From an uncultured delta proteobacterium (lineage in GTDB: Bacteria > Myxococcota > Myxococcia > Myxococcales > Myxococcaceae): DNA of 64,000 nucleotides. Position numbers and translations under genes: made by a program. The stretch spans positions 257,186 to 321,185 of the forward strand of contig CAVZMH010000017.1 of the NCBI GenBank assembly GCA_963776345.1, in the 5' to 3' direction. Position 1 is the stretch's first letter, and each line of letters opens with the position of its first letter. Positions 43,268 through 55,300 of the stretch are shown one piece after another. The notes beneath the pieces were generated by a model that searched no databases, had not been told where the DNA came from, and saw only the letters and a list, made by a program, of their open reading frames with translations.

Positions 43268-46262
43268 TCAGTCCAGCCGCAGCGCGTGCTTCGCCCTCCA
43301 CCGGACGGCGAGGTCGCGCATGCGGCGGGTGCCCGGGTGTCCCGGCTCCGCCCGGGCCCAGAGGTGCAGCTGGCGCTCCACGACGTCGAGCGCCTCGGCC
43401 CTGCGCCCCAGCCGATCGAGCGCGATGGCCCGCAGGTAGGCCGCCTCTCCCGCGCCCCAGGCGTAGAGCGAGAGCCAGCCCTGGGTCTGGCGGTCGAACC
43501 GGTCCAGCGCCTCGAGGGCTTCCTCGGGGCGTCCGGTCTCCAGGAGCATCCCGCCCAGGTAGAGCTGCTCGGTGCCGAAGTTGATTCCCTGCATGCTCTC
43601 GAGCCCGACCGAGGGCCTGCCCTGCCGCCAGGCGATGACCGCCTCGGTGACCCTGCCACAAGGAGTCTCACGCAGCTGGATGGAGACCCGGGCCAGAACC
43701 CGGGCGGCCGGCTCCGTTTCGCCGAGGTATGCGAGGATCCCGGCGGCGCACACCGACCACACGTGGCCACCGCGCAGGAGCTGCTCGGTCCCCGAGCGGA
43801 CCGCATCCGCACCGAGACCACCCGAGAGGAAGGTGCGGTTCCAGAGGAGCTCGAGCGAGGGCTCTCTCCCATCGAGCGACCGGCTGGCCTCGTCGAGCAG
43901 CCCGAACGCCTCGCGCCAACGCCCCTCGTATCCGAGCACGGTCGCCACGTTCACGTAGGCGGTCCGCCGGTCGTGGAGGGACGACTCGGGGGCGGCAATC
44001 GTCTTCCGCAGGCTCGCCTCGGCCTCGTCCAGCGCACCTCCCCGGAGATAGGCGTGCAGGAACACGCCCGTGAGCGGGACGCCCGCGGCCGTGGCCTTCC
44101 GCGCCGTCTCGAGCGCGGGCAGCACCTTCCCCTGTACCCCACGCACCGGGTCAGGACACGAAAGCTCTCCGGTCCGGGGTTCCGGGACGCGAAGCGCTCG
44201 GCGAGCAGGCCTGCCTCGTCGTACTGTCGAGCGAGGATCAGCGCCTGGACCAGATCGGGCGTCCTGCCCGGCTCGAGCGCGGCTGCCTTGCGGAGCATGG
44301 CGATGGCGCGAGGTGTGTCTCCCTTGAACTCCCGGACGAGACTGGCGCAGCGGACGAACGCCTCGGCACTGTTCGGGAACCGGCGCTGGACCTCCTCGTA
44401 GATCATGATCGCCTCGTCGAGCCTCATCTCGCTCGCCGCGGCGTAGGCCCGGATGATGAGCCGCTCCCGTTCGGGAGCCGCGGCCGCGTACCGCTGGGCC
44501 TGCTCCAGCGCGACCCGTGCGCCCTCGGCCTCCTTGGTCTCGAGCCTCTCCACGATCGCGAGGTGCGCCATCGCGAAGGTCGGATCGACTGCGATGGCGC
44601 GCCGGTACTCCGCGAGAGCCTCGCCGTACCGCCCTTGAGCCTCGAGCTGCTCGCCATCGAAGAAGTGCCGGTACGCCTCGAGGTTGCTGGTCACGGCCTC
44701 CGCGATGCGCACCCGCGAGGCCTTCACCTCGTCCAGCGGCTCCGACACCGAGCCCCTCAACGCGCTCCGAGAGGCGATCCAGGAGATCCGGGATGGAGGC
44801 TTTCCCGGCCCCCTTCTCCCGGAGCGTGAACACGTATCGTTCGCCGCTGGGCTCGAGCGCGCGGAGATCGATCGCGTAGATCTCGTCGAAGCGCACCACC
44901 GTCCCCACGAGGAGCAGGTCGGCGCCGACTCGGCGGGCCAGCTCGCGGCCCAGGGCCTCATCGATGCGCCCGGAGGGACTCCGTCCGAGATCCCGGAGCG
45001 GTTCGAGGAGCGATGCACGCGTGACCACCGAGAGCGCGCGCGACTGCTCGAGGGACGTCACCAGGAGCCCCGAGAGGGTGTCGAGCTGGGGATCCCCAGT
45101 GGTGTTCTCGAGATCGGCCACCACCACCGCGATCGGTCCGGGCCGCTTCGCCAGGCCGCGTTTCCCTCCCTCCAGCCGCGCGGTGAAGGCAGCCGGCGAG
45201 AGGAGAGCCGGGAGCTCCGGGGCCGAACCGCAGCGCGACCGTCACCGCTGCGAACGCCGCGCTGGTGAGCGCCAGCCCCCAGAGGACCCTGCGCGAGGCC
45301 CACCGCCGGGGGCGCGTCTCCGGCCGGAGAGCCCGAAGGAACGCCTCGGCCGACTGCGGACGCCGGGCAGGATCCTTCGCCAGGCACCAGCGGATGAGCT
45401 CCCTCCACCGCTTGCTTGTCCGGGGCGTGGAACTCCGGCGTTCGGGCCAGGAGCCCCACAGCGGCTCGAAGGCGATCGCCTGGGGAGTGTCGCCGGGGCA
45501 GGGGAGGGAGCCACTGGTGAGCTCGTACATGAGAACGCCGAGAGAGTAGAGGTCGGTCGCAGGTGTCGCGTCCCCACCGCAGGCTTGCTCCGGGGCCATG
45601 TATGCCGGCGTCCCGACCGGCCCGTCCCACGTCATGCTCCCGGACGGGAGGCCGTCCGTGGGCCGGGCGATCCCGAAATCGGTGACGACGGCGCGCTCGC
45701 CCCCGCCGTGGACCGGGACCAGCATGATGTTGCTCGGCTTCAGGTCCCGGTGGACCACGCCCTCGGCGTGGGCCGCGGCCAGCCCCGATGCAATCTGCGC
45801 CACCAGCGCCCGCGCCGCCGGCTCGGCCAGGTGCCCTTCCCGGCGAAGACGATCACAGAGCGTCTCCCCCTCGAGCAGCTCCATGCTCAGAAAGAGCGGA
45901 GGCTCGCCCGGGCCTCCCACGTGGAGCTCGAACACCCGGCAGACGTTGGGATGGCTGATCTTCCGGGCGAGAAGGATCTCGCTCCGGAACCGCTGCACCC
46001 TCTCGTCGTTCGACCACTGTCCGAGGCGCATCGTCTTGAGCGCGACGCGGGTCCCCAGCGCCCCATCGACCGCCTCGTAGACCTCCCCCATCCCGCCACG
46101 GCCGACCAGTCGAACGACGCGAAAGCGCGACTCGAGAACGGTGCCGGGTTGGAGCTGCTGCTCCTCGGACGCCGGGCCCGCGAGCGGCTCGGTCGCATCG
46201 TTCCGGAGCGTGGTCTCCGCCTCGGTGGGTGCGTCGAACGCCAGCGGGTGCTCTGGAAACAT
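43268..46262 (-). pseudogene. Ser/Thr protein kinase - TM - TolB_N-like - TPR protein, with frameshifts near 45225, 44750 and 44145
   Basis: GRGGMGEVY, VALK, HRDLKPSN, TDFG, GTPAYMAPE; downstream parts ('VVADLENTTGD', 'TSNLEAYRHF..DPTFAMAH', TPRs) lie in different frames. Confidence 0.8.
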
Positions 46263-46551
46263 CGGCCCTTGTCCTCCATCGCGCCCAGGAGGCGAGGGGC
46301 CAGCGACGGAGGCGCGGACCGGGCTGGCTGCAATCAGCCTGACGGCCCATTCCAGGCGTTCGACGTCATCGAGCAGTCAGAACGGGTCGAACTCGAGCAG
46401 TCTGATTCCCTGCACCCCAAAACCGTTGCGAAATCAATGTCCACGCAAGTTTTGCGCTCCCAGGACGGAAACCCGCATTTAACTCGCGTATTGCGCACGC
46501 TTTGCTCCGCAGACGTCATCTGCGTGCAAGCGCGGGACCGCCCGACCTAGC

Positions 46552-48642
46552 TCAGGGCTTTCTCAGCAGCAGCCCCTCGGCGAAGAACGCCATCGCCGCG
46601 GCGACCACCAGCCAGGTCCACATCGGCACGCGCCGGTCCGCGGTGCCGCCCGGACCGCGCACCGCCTCCTCGCCGAAGTAGGCCTGGAGCTGCATCTCGT
46701 CGAGCCGGGTGAGATCGCTGTCCGCCGGATCGAGCGTGACCGGGAACTGCGAGCCGGGCACCAGCTGCCCCGACGCATCGAAGGTCTTGTAGAGCCCCGG
46801 CTCCGGCAACGGACCCACCTCCAGCCCGTGGTCCACCTCGGTCCGGACCGGCACCTGCGCGCCGGAAGGGGACTTGACCGAGGTCACGTGGGCCTGCGGA
46901 TCCGGCCGCAGGGTGAGCGTCTGCCCCACCCGGCCCTCCAGCGTCTCGCGCTCGTCCAGCGCCCCGGCGAGCCACGCCGCCGCCCGCTGCATCAGCGGCA
47001 GGTAGCTGGTGCGGATGGCGAAGTCGCCCCAGTCGCGGTCCAGCGTGCTGGTGAAGAGCAGCACCCGCCCCCGGCCGCGCCGCGCGGTGAGGAACGCCGG
47101 CGCCCCGTCGTCGAACGCCGCCAGCACCTCCGAGCCATCCGACTTGGCCCCGCCCTCCACCAGCATGTACCGCTGGAACCGCGCCCCCATCAGCCCCTCG
47201 CGCCCGCGCCCCGAGAACGGCGCGAACAGCGGATCTCCCCAGTGCACCTCGCCGAGCTTCGCCTGCCGCCCGTCGCCGGCGCCGGCCTCGGCCCCGGCCG
47301 CCTTCACCAGCCGCATCGGGCGGGGCAAGAGCTCGCCCATCCGCGCGCTCCAGGGCTCGGGCTCCACCTTGTCCCCCACCGAGATGAGGAGCCCGCCCCC
47401 GCGCTCGACGAAGGCCTTGAGCCGCGCCGCCTCCTCGGGCACCGGCGCCGGCACGTTGGCCAGCACCACCACGTCATACCCGTCGAGCGGCTCGCGCAGA
47501 CCCGCGGTGGCGTCCTTCACCACCGGCCGGATGGGCGAGCTCGGCGCGCTCAGCGCCGCCTCGAGGAAGAAGACCTCGTCGCGGTAGCGCACCGGGCTCG
47601 GCGCACCGTCCACCACCAGCGCCCGGAGCTCCCGCGGCACCTGCACCACGAAATCGCGCCGATCGTCCTCCCCGAGCCCGTCCGGCGAGAGCGTCACCGC
47701 CCCGGCCACCGGCCCGCCCACCTCGGAGCGCACGGTGAGCGTCTTCTGCGCCGTGCCGCCCGGGGTGAGCTCGAGGAAGGTCTTTCCCACCACCCGGCCC
47801 GCGAGCTCCACCGTGGCCTGGATCTCCTTGGCCGGCGCGTCGGAGACGTTCCGCACCGTGAAGGCGACCGTCACCGCCCGGGCGCCGGCCTGGGGAGCGG
47901 GCTCGGCCTTGAGGTCGGCGAGGAAGTGGTTCGGCAGCACCTTCCGCCCGCGCGCCACGTCCCGCAGCACCATCTCCGGACGGACCCGCTTGTCGTTCGG
48001 CCCGCGGATGAGCGGGAGCGGCGTCTCGAGCCTCAGCGAGCCGGCGGTGAACGCCGAGACGACCACGATGCGCTTGCCGGCGGTGGGGCTCTCCTCCAGC
48101 GCGCGCGCGGCCACCTCGAAGCAGCGGCCCAGGTCCGCCGTGGACCAGGCCGGACGCATCCGCTCCAGAGTCTCCCGGGCCTCGCTGCGGTCCAGCCCGG
48201 GCGCGGTGGGCGGGGTGACGTCCGGTCCGCAGGGCAGCACGGTGACCGGGTCCTCGGGGCCGAGCGTGGCGATGGCGCTCCGGGCCTCGCTCCGCGCCTT
48301 CTCGAACAGGCTCTGCCCCTCCACGAAGCGCATCCCGAGCCCGCGGTCCACCACCACCACCGTCGCCGCCGGGCCCGCGACCTTCGACACCGCGGCGCCC
48401 GGACGCCGGAGCTCGGGACGCGCCAGCGCCAGGGGAATGGCGAGCAGGATGAGCGTCCGGAGCGTGTAGAGGAGAATTCGTTTCAGCTTCAGGCGCGAGG
48501 CCGTCCGTCGCTGGCTCCGGAGCACGAAGGCGATGGCGGCGAAGGGGTGCGGCCGCGGCTTCCGGCGGTCGAAGAGGTGCACCGCGAGCGGGATGAGCGC
48601 CGCCAGCGCGCCGAGCAGCAGCCACGGCTGGGCGAAGGTCAT
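46552..48642 (-). CDS. BatA-domain / vWA-like membrane protein
   Basis: 'MTFAQPWLLLG..IPLAVHL..LALARP'; C-terminal TM 'WTWLVVAA..AEG'. Confidence 0.85.
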   Translation of the reverse strand: MTFAQPWLLLGALAALIPLAVHLFDRRKPRPHPFAAIAFVLRSQRRTASRLKLKRILLYTLRTLILLAIPLALARPELRRPGAAVSKVAGPAATVVVVDRGLGMRFVEGQSLFEKARSEARSAIATLGPEDPVTVLPCGPDVTPPTAPGLDRSEARETLERMRPAWSTADLGRCFEVAARALEESPTAGKRIVVVSAFTAGSLRLETPLPLIRGPNDKRVRPEMVLRDVARGRKVLPNHFLADLKAEPAPQAGARAVTVAFTVRNVSDAPAKEIQATVELAGRVVGKTFLELTPGGTAQKTLTVRSEVGGPVAGAVTLSPDGLGEDDRRDFVVQVPRELRALVVDGAPSPVRYRDEVFFLEAALSAPSSPIRPVVKDATAGLREPLDGYDVVVLANVPAPVPEEAARLKAFVERGGGLLISVGDKVEPEPWSARMGELLPRPMRLVKAAGAEAGAGDGRQAKLGEVHWGDPLFAPFSGRGREGLMGARFQRYMLVEGGAKSDGSEVLAAFDDGAPAFLTARRGRGRVLLFTSTLDRDWGDFAIRTSYLPLMQRAAAWLAGALDERETLEGRVGQTLTLRPDPQAHVTSVKSPSGAQVPVRTEVDHGLEVGPLPEPGLYKTFDASGQLVPGSQFPVTLDPADSDLTRLDEMQLQAYFGEEAVRGPGGTADRRVPMWTWLVVAAAMAFFAEGLLLRKP

Positions 48643-49523
48643 GCCGCCCTCCGCTGCCGTCGCCCGAGGAAGCGGAGCAGCACCGCGTCCAGCGGCTCGT
48701 CGGTCCGGACCACCATGTAGTCGACGTCCGCCTCGGTGCAGGCCGCCCGGGTGCGTTCCAGGAAGGCACGGAACTCCTCCAGGTAGCTCTCGCGGATCTC
48801 CCGGGCGTTCACCTCGATCTTCTGCTCGTCCTCGAGCGAGAGGAACAGCGTCGGATCGTCGAAGGGGAACTCCAGCTCGGCCGGGTCGAGCACGTGGAAG
48901 ATGGCCAGGTCGTTCCGCCGGGCGCGCAGCGCGAGGATGCGGGCCAGCGCCTCGTCCCGGTCGTCGAACAGGTCGGAGAACACCATCAGCAGCTGCCCAC
49001 GCCGTCCCCGCTCGGCGAGGTGCTCGGCCGCGGCGAAGAGGTCCGTCTCGCCTCCCGGCTGGAGCGTGTCCAGCCCGTCGAGCACCGTGTGCAGATGCCC
49101 GGGCGACGAGCGCGGGGGGACGTCGGCCGCGCCGGCCCGGGTCACCACGCTGAGCCCCACCGCGTCCTGCTGGCGAACGAGGAGGTAGGCGAGCGTCCCG
49201 GCGAGCGTCGTCGCCACCTCGAGCTTCGACAGCGGGCCGCTCCGGTACCCCATCGACCCGCTGGCGTCGACCACCAGCGTCGCCTTGAGGTTGGTCTCGT
49301 GCTCGTAGCGCTTGACGTAGTAGCGGTCGAACTTGCCGAAGGCCTTCCAGTCCAGGTGCCGCAGCTCGTCCCCGGGCGCGTACTCCTTGTGCTCCGAGAA
49401 CTCGACGCTCTGCCCCTGGTGCGGGCTCTTGTGCAGGCCCGAGAGCACGCCCTCCATCACCGCGCGGGCGCGCAGCTTCACCCCGGCGAGCTTGGCCAGC
49501 GTTTCCGCGTCGAGCGAGGCCAC
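48639..49523 (-). CDS. DUF58 vWA-like protein
   Basis: 'GLHKSPHQGQSVEFSEHKEYAPGDELRHLDWK', 'VDASGSM', 'FSDL'. Confidence 0.92.
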   Translation of the reverse strand: MASLDAETLAKLAGVKLRARAVMEGVLSGLHKSPHQGQSVEFSEHKEYAPGDELRHLDWKAFGKFDRYYVKRYEHETNLKATLVVDASGSMGYRSGPLSKLEVATTLAGTLAYLLVRQQDAVGLSVVTRAGAADVPPRSSPGHLHTVLDGLDTLQPGGETDLFAAAEHLAERGRRGQLLMVFSDLFDDRDEALARILALRARRNDLAIFHVLDPAELEFPFDDPTLFLSLEDEQKIEVNAREIRESYLEEFRAFLERTRAACTEADVDYMVVRTDEPLDAVLLRFLGRRQRRAA

Positions 49524-49540
49524 GGGAGGGGCGCCGGCTC

Positions 49541-50569
49541 CTAGCCCTTCACCATCTCGAGGAGCTGCTGGACGATGCGCGAGCTGGTGATGCCCTCGCT
49601 CTCGGCGGCAAAGTTGGGGAGCACCCGGTGCCGGAGCACGGGCAGCGCGAGCGCGCGCACGTCCTCCACCGTCGCCGCGAAGCGGCCCTGGAGCACCGCC
49701 CGGGCCTTTGCCGCCACCACCAGGTACTGGCTGGCCCGCGGACCGGCGCCCCAGTTCACGTGCTTGCGGACCAGCTCCGGCGCCCCGGGCTCCCTGGGCC
49801 GGGTCTGCCTCACCAGCTCCACCGCGTAGCGGACCACGTGGTCCGGGACCGGGACGCGCCTGACCAGCTCTTGCAGCGCGAGGATCTGCTCCGGCGACAG
49901 CACCTTGGTCAGCCGCGGGCTCGTGCCCGAGGTGGTGCTCTTGACGATCTGCACCTCCTCCTCGGCGGTCGGGTAGCCCACGTCCACCAGGAACATGAAC
50001 CGGTCGAGCTGCGCCTCGGGCAAGGGGTACGTGCCCTCCTGCTCGATGGGGTTCTGGGTGGCGAAGACCAGGAAGGGCAGGTCCAGCGGGTAGGTCTCGC
50101 CGCCCGCCGTCACCCGGTACTCCTGCATCGCCTGGAGCAGCGCCGCCTGCGTCTTGGGCGGGGTGCGGTTCACCTCGTCGGCGAGGATGATGTTGGCGAA
50201 CAGCGGCCCGCGGACGAAGCGGAACTCGCGGTGCCCGGTGGCCCGGTCCTCCTCGAGGATGTCGGTGCCGGTGATGTCGGAGGGCATCAGGTCCGGGGTG
50301 AACTGCACGCGGTTGAAGGTGAGGTTCAGCACCTCGGCCAGCGTGGAGATGAGCAGCGTCTTGGCCAGGCCGGGCACGCCCACGAAGAGGCAGTGCCCGC
50401 GGGAGAAGAGCGCGATGAGGAGGTGCTCCACCACCTCGCGCTGCCCCACCACCCGCTTCTCGATCTGCTCCACGATGGCCGAGCGCGCCCGGGCGAGCGC
50501 CTCCACCGCTCGCAGGTCGGCGCCGGGCTCCACGGCAGTCAGGGGGGACGAGGACATGGGAGAGGTCAT
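49541..50569 (-). CDS. moxR: MoxR-family AAA+ ATPase
   Basis: GVPGLAKT, RVQFTPDLMPSD, LADEVNR, ATQNPIEQEGTYPLPEAQLDRF; ATGA overlap with the upstream gene. Confidence 0.94.
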   Translation of the reverse strand: MTSPMSSSPLTAVEPGADLRAVEALARARSAIVEQIEKRVVGQREVVEHLLIALFSRGHCLFVGVPGLAKTLLISTLAEVLNLTFNRVQFTPDLMPSDITGTDILEEDRATGHREFRFVRGPLFANIILADEVNRTPPKTQAALLQAMQEYRVTAGGETYPLDLPFLVFATQNPIEQEGTYPLPEAQLDRFMFLVDVGYPTAEEEVQIVKSTTSGTSPRLTKVLSPEQILALQELVRRVPVPDHVVRYAVELVRQTRPREPGAPELVRKHVNWGAGPRASQYLVVAAKARAVLQGRFAATVEDVRALALPVLRHRVLPNFAAESEGITSSRIVQQLLEMVKG

Positions 50570-52305
50570 AGCCGTTCGGAGGCCGTGGGTTCGGACGCTT
50601 TGGCCTTCCTGGAGGCCGGTCGGGGTGGATGGGGAGGTTCGGCCGGGCCGCGCGGGAGCGCGACGTCGGACGGGTCGGACTGGGGACCGGGCAGCCGGGC
50701 CAGCAGCTCGGGCAGGCGCTCGGCCGGGAGACCGGTCAGGATGGCCGAGGCGCTGCGCGCCCGGTCCGCGAGCCGGGCATCGCCGAGCGACTGGGCGGAC
50801 TTGAGGAGCGCGAGGTGGATCTCCGGGTCGAACGGGTCCTGGGCCAGCGCCGCCCGGTACGCGCCCCGTGCCTCCCCCCACTGCCCCCGGCTCAGGTAGA
50901 TGCGCCCGAGGTGGACCTGCGTCGAGGCGAAGCCCGGGTGCGCCTCGAGCGAGGCCAGGAGGACCTTCTCCGCCTCGTCCAGCCGCTTCACCGCCATCAG
51001 GGCCAGCGCGTACTTGTTGGAGATGGTCTCGTAGGCGTTGCCCACCAGGGCGTGCGCCTTGCCGTATTCCTCCGCGGCGGCCACGGAGCGGCCCCGCTCC
51101 CGGAACAGCTCGCCCAGGTGCGCCCAGCGTCGGGCGGCCGGGTTCTCCACGTCGTCGAAGTCGCCGAAGGAGATCTCCCGCCCCTTCCTGCCCTCCTCGG
51201 GCGGGGTGTTCTTCCCCTTGAGGATGGGTCGCTCCGCGGTGGCCGGAGCCCTCGTCGCCGGGGTGGGCTGCGCCTTGAGATACGCCATCCAGCCCTTCTC
51301 GAAGGCGGGGAAGGACTTGCCGGTGGCCTTCTCCACCGCCTGCTGGTCGGTGGCCCCGGCGCCCATCGCCTCGACGATGGTCCGGAGCGACCTCATCCCG
51401 TGCTCCTTGTGGAGGTACTCGGCGGCGAAGAACACCTCGGCGAAGGCGGTGGCCGCGTCCTTCCAGGTGGGGAGCTTGGCCATCGAGGGGTGCATCTTGG
51501 CGAAGGGGATGAGGTCGTTCTTCTGCACCCGCTCGGCGAGCAGCGAGCGCGACGAGGGCGGGAGCGCCTTGCCCGCCGCCCCGCGCCAGCGCGACTCGAG
51601 GTACTTGGCCAGCGCCTCCTGGAGCCAGATGGGCACCGAGTTGTGACCGGTCTGGGTGACGACCAGGTGGGTGTACTCGTGCGCCAGGGTGTCCAGCCAG
51701 TCGTAGCCCCGCAGCACCGCCTTGGGCGAGGTCACCATCAGCTTGTTGAACTTGCAGATGGCGATGGTGCCGGTCTGGTCGATCTCCTTCTGGGAGAGGG
51801 TGGAGACGCGGGCCAGCTCCGCGGCGTCGTTCACCACCTCCACCCGCACCTTGCCGGGCGGGGCGTGGCCGAGGTCCTTCTCCAGCGCCGCCCGCTGCGC
51901 CTCGAGCGCCTCGAGCGCGTACGGGGCGAGCACCGCGTCCTTGCCCTTCGGGTAGAGGAAGATGAAGTGCTCGCTCTCCGCCCGCTCGTGGTCGCGGGTG
52001 ATGGCCAGCGTGTCGCGGGCGAGCCGGAGGTAGCTCCCGGGCCGGTCCTCCACCCCGGCCAGCTCGAGCGCCGAGACCGCGTCCGCGTAGCGGCCCTCGC
52101 CGAAGGCCACCCGTCCGGCGAAGAAGTCGACGGACTCGTTCTGCTCGTGCCCCTGCTTGAGCCGCTCCAGCTCGGCGTGGGCGGCGACGTAGTCCTCCTC
52201 GTCGAGGAGCTCCTCCAGCGCGCGCACCCGCGCCCGCACGTCCGGGGGCGCGGCCCAGGCCAGCCCCGCCAGCAGGACACAGACGATGGCGGTGGCGCGC
52301 CTCAC
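50566..52305 (-). CDS. Exported peptidase MA-like metalloprotease with TPR repeats
   Basis: Signal peptide; HEYTH plus 'PIWLQEALA'; TPR-like helices on both sides. Confidence 0.85.
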   Translation of the reverse strand: MRRATAIVCVLLAGLAWAAPPDVRARVRALEELLDEEDYVAAHAELERLKQGHEQNESVDFFAGRVAFGEGRYADAVSALELAGVEDRPGSYLRLARDTLAITRDHERAESEHFIFLYPKGKDAVLAPYALEALEAQRAALEKDLGHAPPGKVRVEVVNDAAELARVSTLSQKEIDQTGTIAICKFNKLMVTSPKAVLRGYDWLDTLAHEYTHLVVTQTGHNSVPIWLQEALAKYLESRWRGAAGKALPPSSRSLLAERVQKNDLIPFAKMHPSMAKLPTWKDAATAFAEVFFAAEYLHKEHGMRSLRTIVEAMGAGATDQQAVEKATGKSFPAFEKGWMAYLKAQPTPATRAPATAERPILKGKNTPPEEGRKGREISFGDFDDVENPAARRWAHLGELFRERGRSVAAAEEYGKAHALVGNAYETISNKYALALMAVKRLDEAEKVLLASLEAHPGFASTQVHLGRIYLSRGQWGEARGAYRAALAQDPFDPEIHLALLKSAQSLGDARLADRARSASAILTGLPAERLPELLARLPGPQSDPSDVALPRGPAEPPHPPRPASRKAKASEPTASERL

Positions 52306-55300
52306 TTCACCAGCTCCTCATAGTACTGCTTCACCTGGTCGCGGTACCGCTCGGGCGTCCCCTGCTTCATCGCGTCCAGCAGGTCCTTCCGGAACTCGCG
52401 CGGCGCCCCGTTGGGGTCGGCGTCCGGGACCTCCACCTTCTGGCGGCTGAGCTCGTTGCCGCCCTCCTGCTCACCGCCGGCGAGCAGCGGGAGCGGGAGC
52501 CCACCCTTGCCGCCGCCGCGCTGGCTCTGCTGCATCGACTGCTGCAGCTGCTCCAGCGAGTCGAGCGCCGCCTTCTGCTCGCCGTACCCGCGCTGCGGGT
52601 CCTTGCCCTCGAGCCGCTCGGCGGCGCCCGCCATCCGGTCGGAGATCTGCTGGAGCGCCTCCTCGCCCTGCTCCCCGAAGAGCGGCGCCATCTGCTCGAG
52701 CTGTCGCATCTTCTGCTGGAGGTCCTGCCCGCGCTGCCCCAGCTTGCGCTGACCCTGGGACAGCTCCTGGAGCTTCTGGCGATCTGCCTGGCCGAGCTGG
52801 GAGCTGAGCGGGGGGAAGAGCTGGTCGAGCTTCTTCCGGATGTCGCGCACCGTCTCGGCATCCTTCTCCAGCCGCTGGGAGAGCTTGCGTGACTTCTCGC
52901 GCACGTCCGCCGGGTTCTGGTACGCCTCGTCCAGCGCCCGCTGCTGCTCGCCGGCCCGCGCCAGCTCCTCGGACTGGCGCACCGCCCGCTGCGCGGCCTC
53001 GGCCGCGAGGTCGAAGTCGTCGGACTTCAGCGCGGACTTGAGATTCTCCAGCTCGGACTTCGCCTGCTCGAGCGGCAGGTCGGCCCGCGGGCTCAGGTCG
53101 TTGGGGCCCACCCGCTGGTAGTCCTGGACCACCTGGTCGGCCTTCCGCTGCAGCGTCTCCTTGAGCCCCTGGGCGGCCTGCTTCATCCGCTGGCGCATCT
53201 GGTCGCGGTAGCGGTCGCGCACGGCCTTGGTCTGCTCGGCCAGCTGCTTCTGCTCCTCGGTGGTGGACTTCAGCGCGTCGCTGAACTCGCGGTAGCGCTT
53301 CACCAGCTCGGGGTTGGCCCGTCCGCCCATGCTGCCCGCCGCCTCGTCCAGCCCCTTCTGCAGCTCGCTCATCTGCGCCTGGAGCTGCTGCAGCTTCGCC
53401 AGCGCCTCCTCGGTCTTGCCCTCCTTGAGGAGCTTCTCGATGTCGTCCAGCCCGCCCTGCATGTCCTGCTGCTTGGCCAGCTCGCGCATCGCCTCGACGT
53501 TGAAGTGCTCGTCGCGGATGCTCTTCTGCAGCTCGCCCATGCGCCGGGCCAGCTCCTCCATGCGCTTCCGGAGCGCGGAGACCTGCCGGAGGATCTTCTC
53601 TTGGAGTCCGGGGTCGCGGGTGCTCTGGAACTGCTCGATGAGCTTGGCCAGCTCGCGCTGGTCCCGGGCGAGCTGCCCGGCGAGCTCGCGCAGCTCCTCC
53701 AGCCGCTGCTGGTCGAGCAGCGACTCGAGGTAGAGCGCGTCCTTCTCCAGGGCGGAGATCTCCTCCTGGACCACGCGGGTGAGCCGGCCGTCCATGTCCA
53801 GCTCGGTGCGGCGCCCGAAGAGCCGGATCCAGAGCTTGCGCGAGTCGGAGGTCGCCCGGACGCGGGACGCCACGTCCTGGCCCACGTGCTCCAGCGCGGC
53901 GACCAGGGCCTCGTTCCGGTCGCGCTCGCGGGCCAGGGCGCGCGCGGTGCTCACCAGGTCGCCCGCCAGCCCGAGCCCGGAGGTGTCCACCGGCTCCTGG
54001 GCCCGCACCTTGTCCTCGGACTTCCGGACGTCTCGATCCGGCCCCTCCATCCGGGTGGCGAGGTGCCCCAGCAGCCGTTCCCACAGCTCGGCCGCCCGGC
54101 GGAGCGCCTCCCGCCGGTGCTCCGCGGCGCTGTACACCACCAGCGTCTGCTGGCGGCTGGTGCCCTTCTGCGGGCCGTCCACGGCGTCGTTGTCCAGCGC
54201 CTCGACCGCGTAGCCGACCCGGTCCCCGGCGGTGAGCTTCAGGGCCGAGAGCGGCCACCGGTACTGCCCGGAGCTCTTCCGGCCGTCGTCGTGGGCGAGC
54301 TTCTGGCGATGGGTCTGCCCGTCGGGGTCCGTCCAGACCAGCGCCACGTCGGAGAGGCCGTAGTCGTCGGAGGCCTCCCAGCGGAGCAGCACCTCCTGGT
54401 CCGGGTCCACCTCCAGCTCGGCCCCGGGGAGCAGGATGGAGGCCTGGGGCGGGCCATCCGGCTCGACGGTGAGCGGGAACTCCGGCCCGCGCGCCACCTC
54501 GCGCCCGGCCCGGCCGGTGAAGACGACCGCGTACGTCCCGGGGGTCTGCAGCACCAGGCTGCCGCTGAGGTCGCGCCCGTGCTCGACGCGGAGGGGCACC
54601 ACCGCGCCGCCGCTCAGCTGGAGCTGCGCGCCGACGACTTGCCGGTCCGCGCGCGTCCGCAGCTGGACCACCGTCCCCTTGGGGCCGGCGAGGTCGCCGG
54701 TGCTGGTCACCGTCCGGGGCGCCAGCCCGGTGTAGGCCGGGTACTGGTAGAGCAGCTCGAGCTCCGCGGTGATGGGCTCCCGCGCGCCCTGGGCCCCCGC
54801 CGCCGCCGCGGGCCGCAGCGCGACGAGCAGCGCCCGCATCCGGTCGGGCCAGAGGCCGCCCACCAGCCCCAGCGCCACCAGCGCCCCGAGCGCGATCGAC
54901 CCCGCCCGGCGCACCGCCGCGCGATCCACCACGGCGTGGGCGTCCAGCGCCGCGGTCCGCGCGTCCACCGCCCGGAGGTGCGCGAACGCCAGCTCGGTGG
55001 AGAACGTCGGGTCATGGCCCATCGCCTGGCGGAGCTCGAGCGCGGCGAGGAGGTCCAGCGAGACGCCCGGCACCCGCCCGGCCACCAGGCGCGCGGTGCG
55101 GAAGGGGTTCCCCGCCGCCCGCGTCCAGTGCCTCCACACCCGCTCGGCGACCAGGCCGGCCGCGGCGAGCACCGCCACGGCGAGGACCCAGCGGACCCCG
55201 CGTGGCCAGGCCTTCGCCAGCGCACCGGCCAGCGCCAGCCCGAGGCCCAGGCAGGCCGATCCGAGCAGCGCCGACTCGAGGGCGACGGCCCGCGCCTGCC

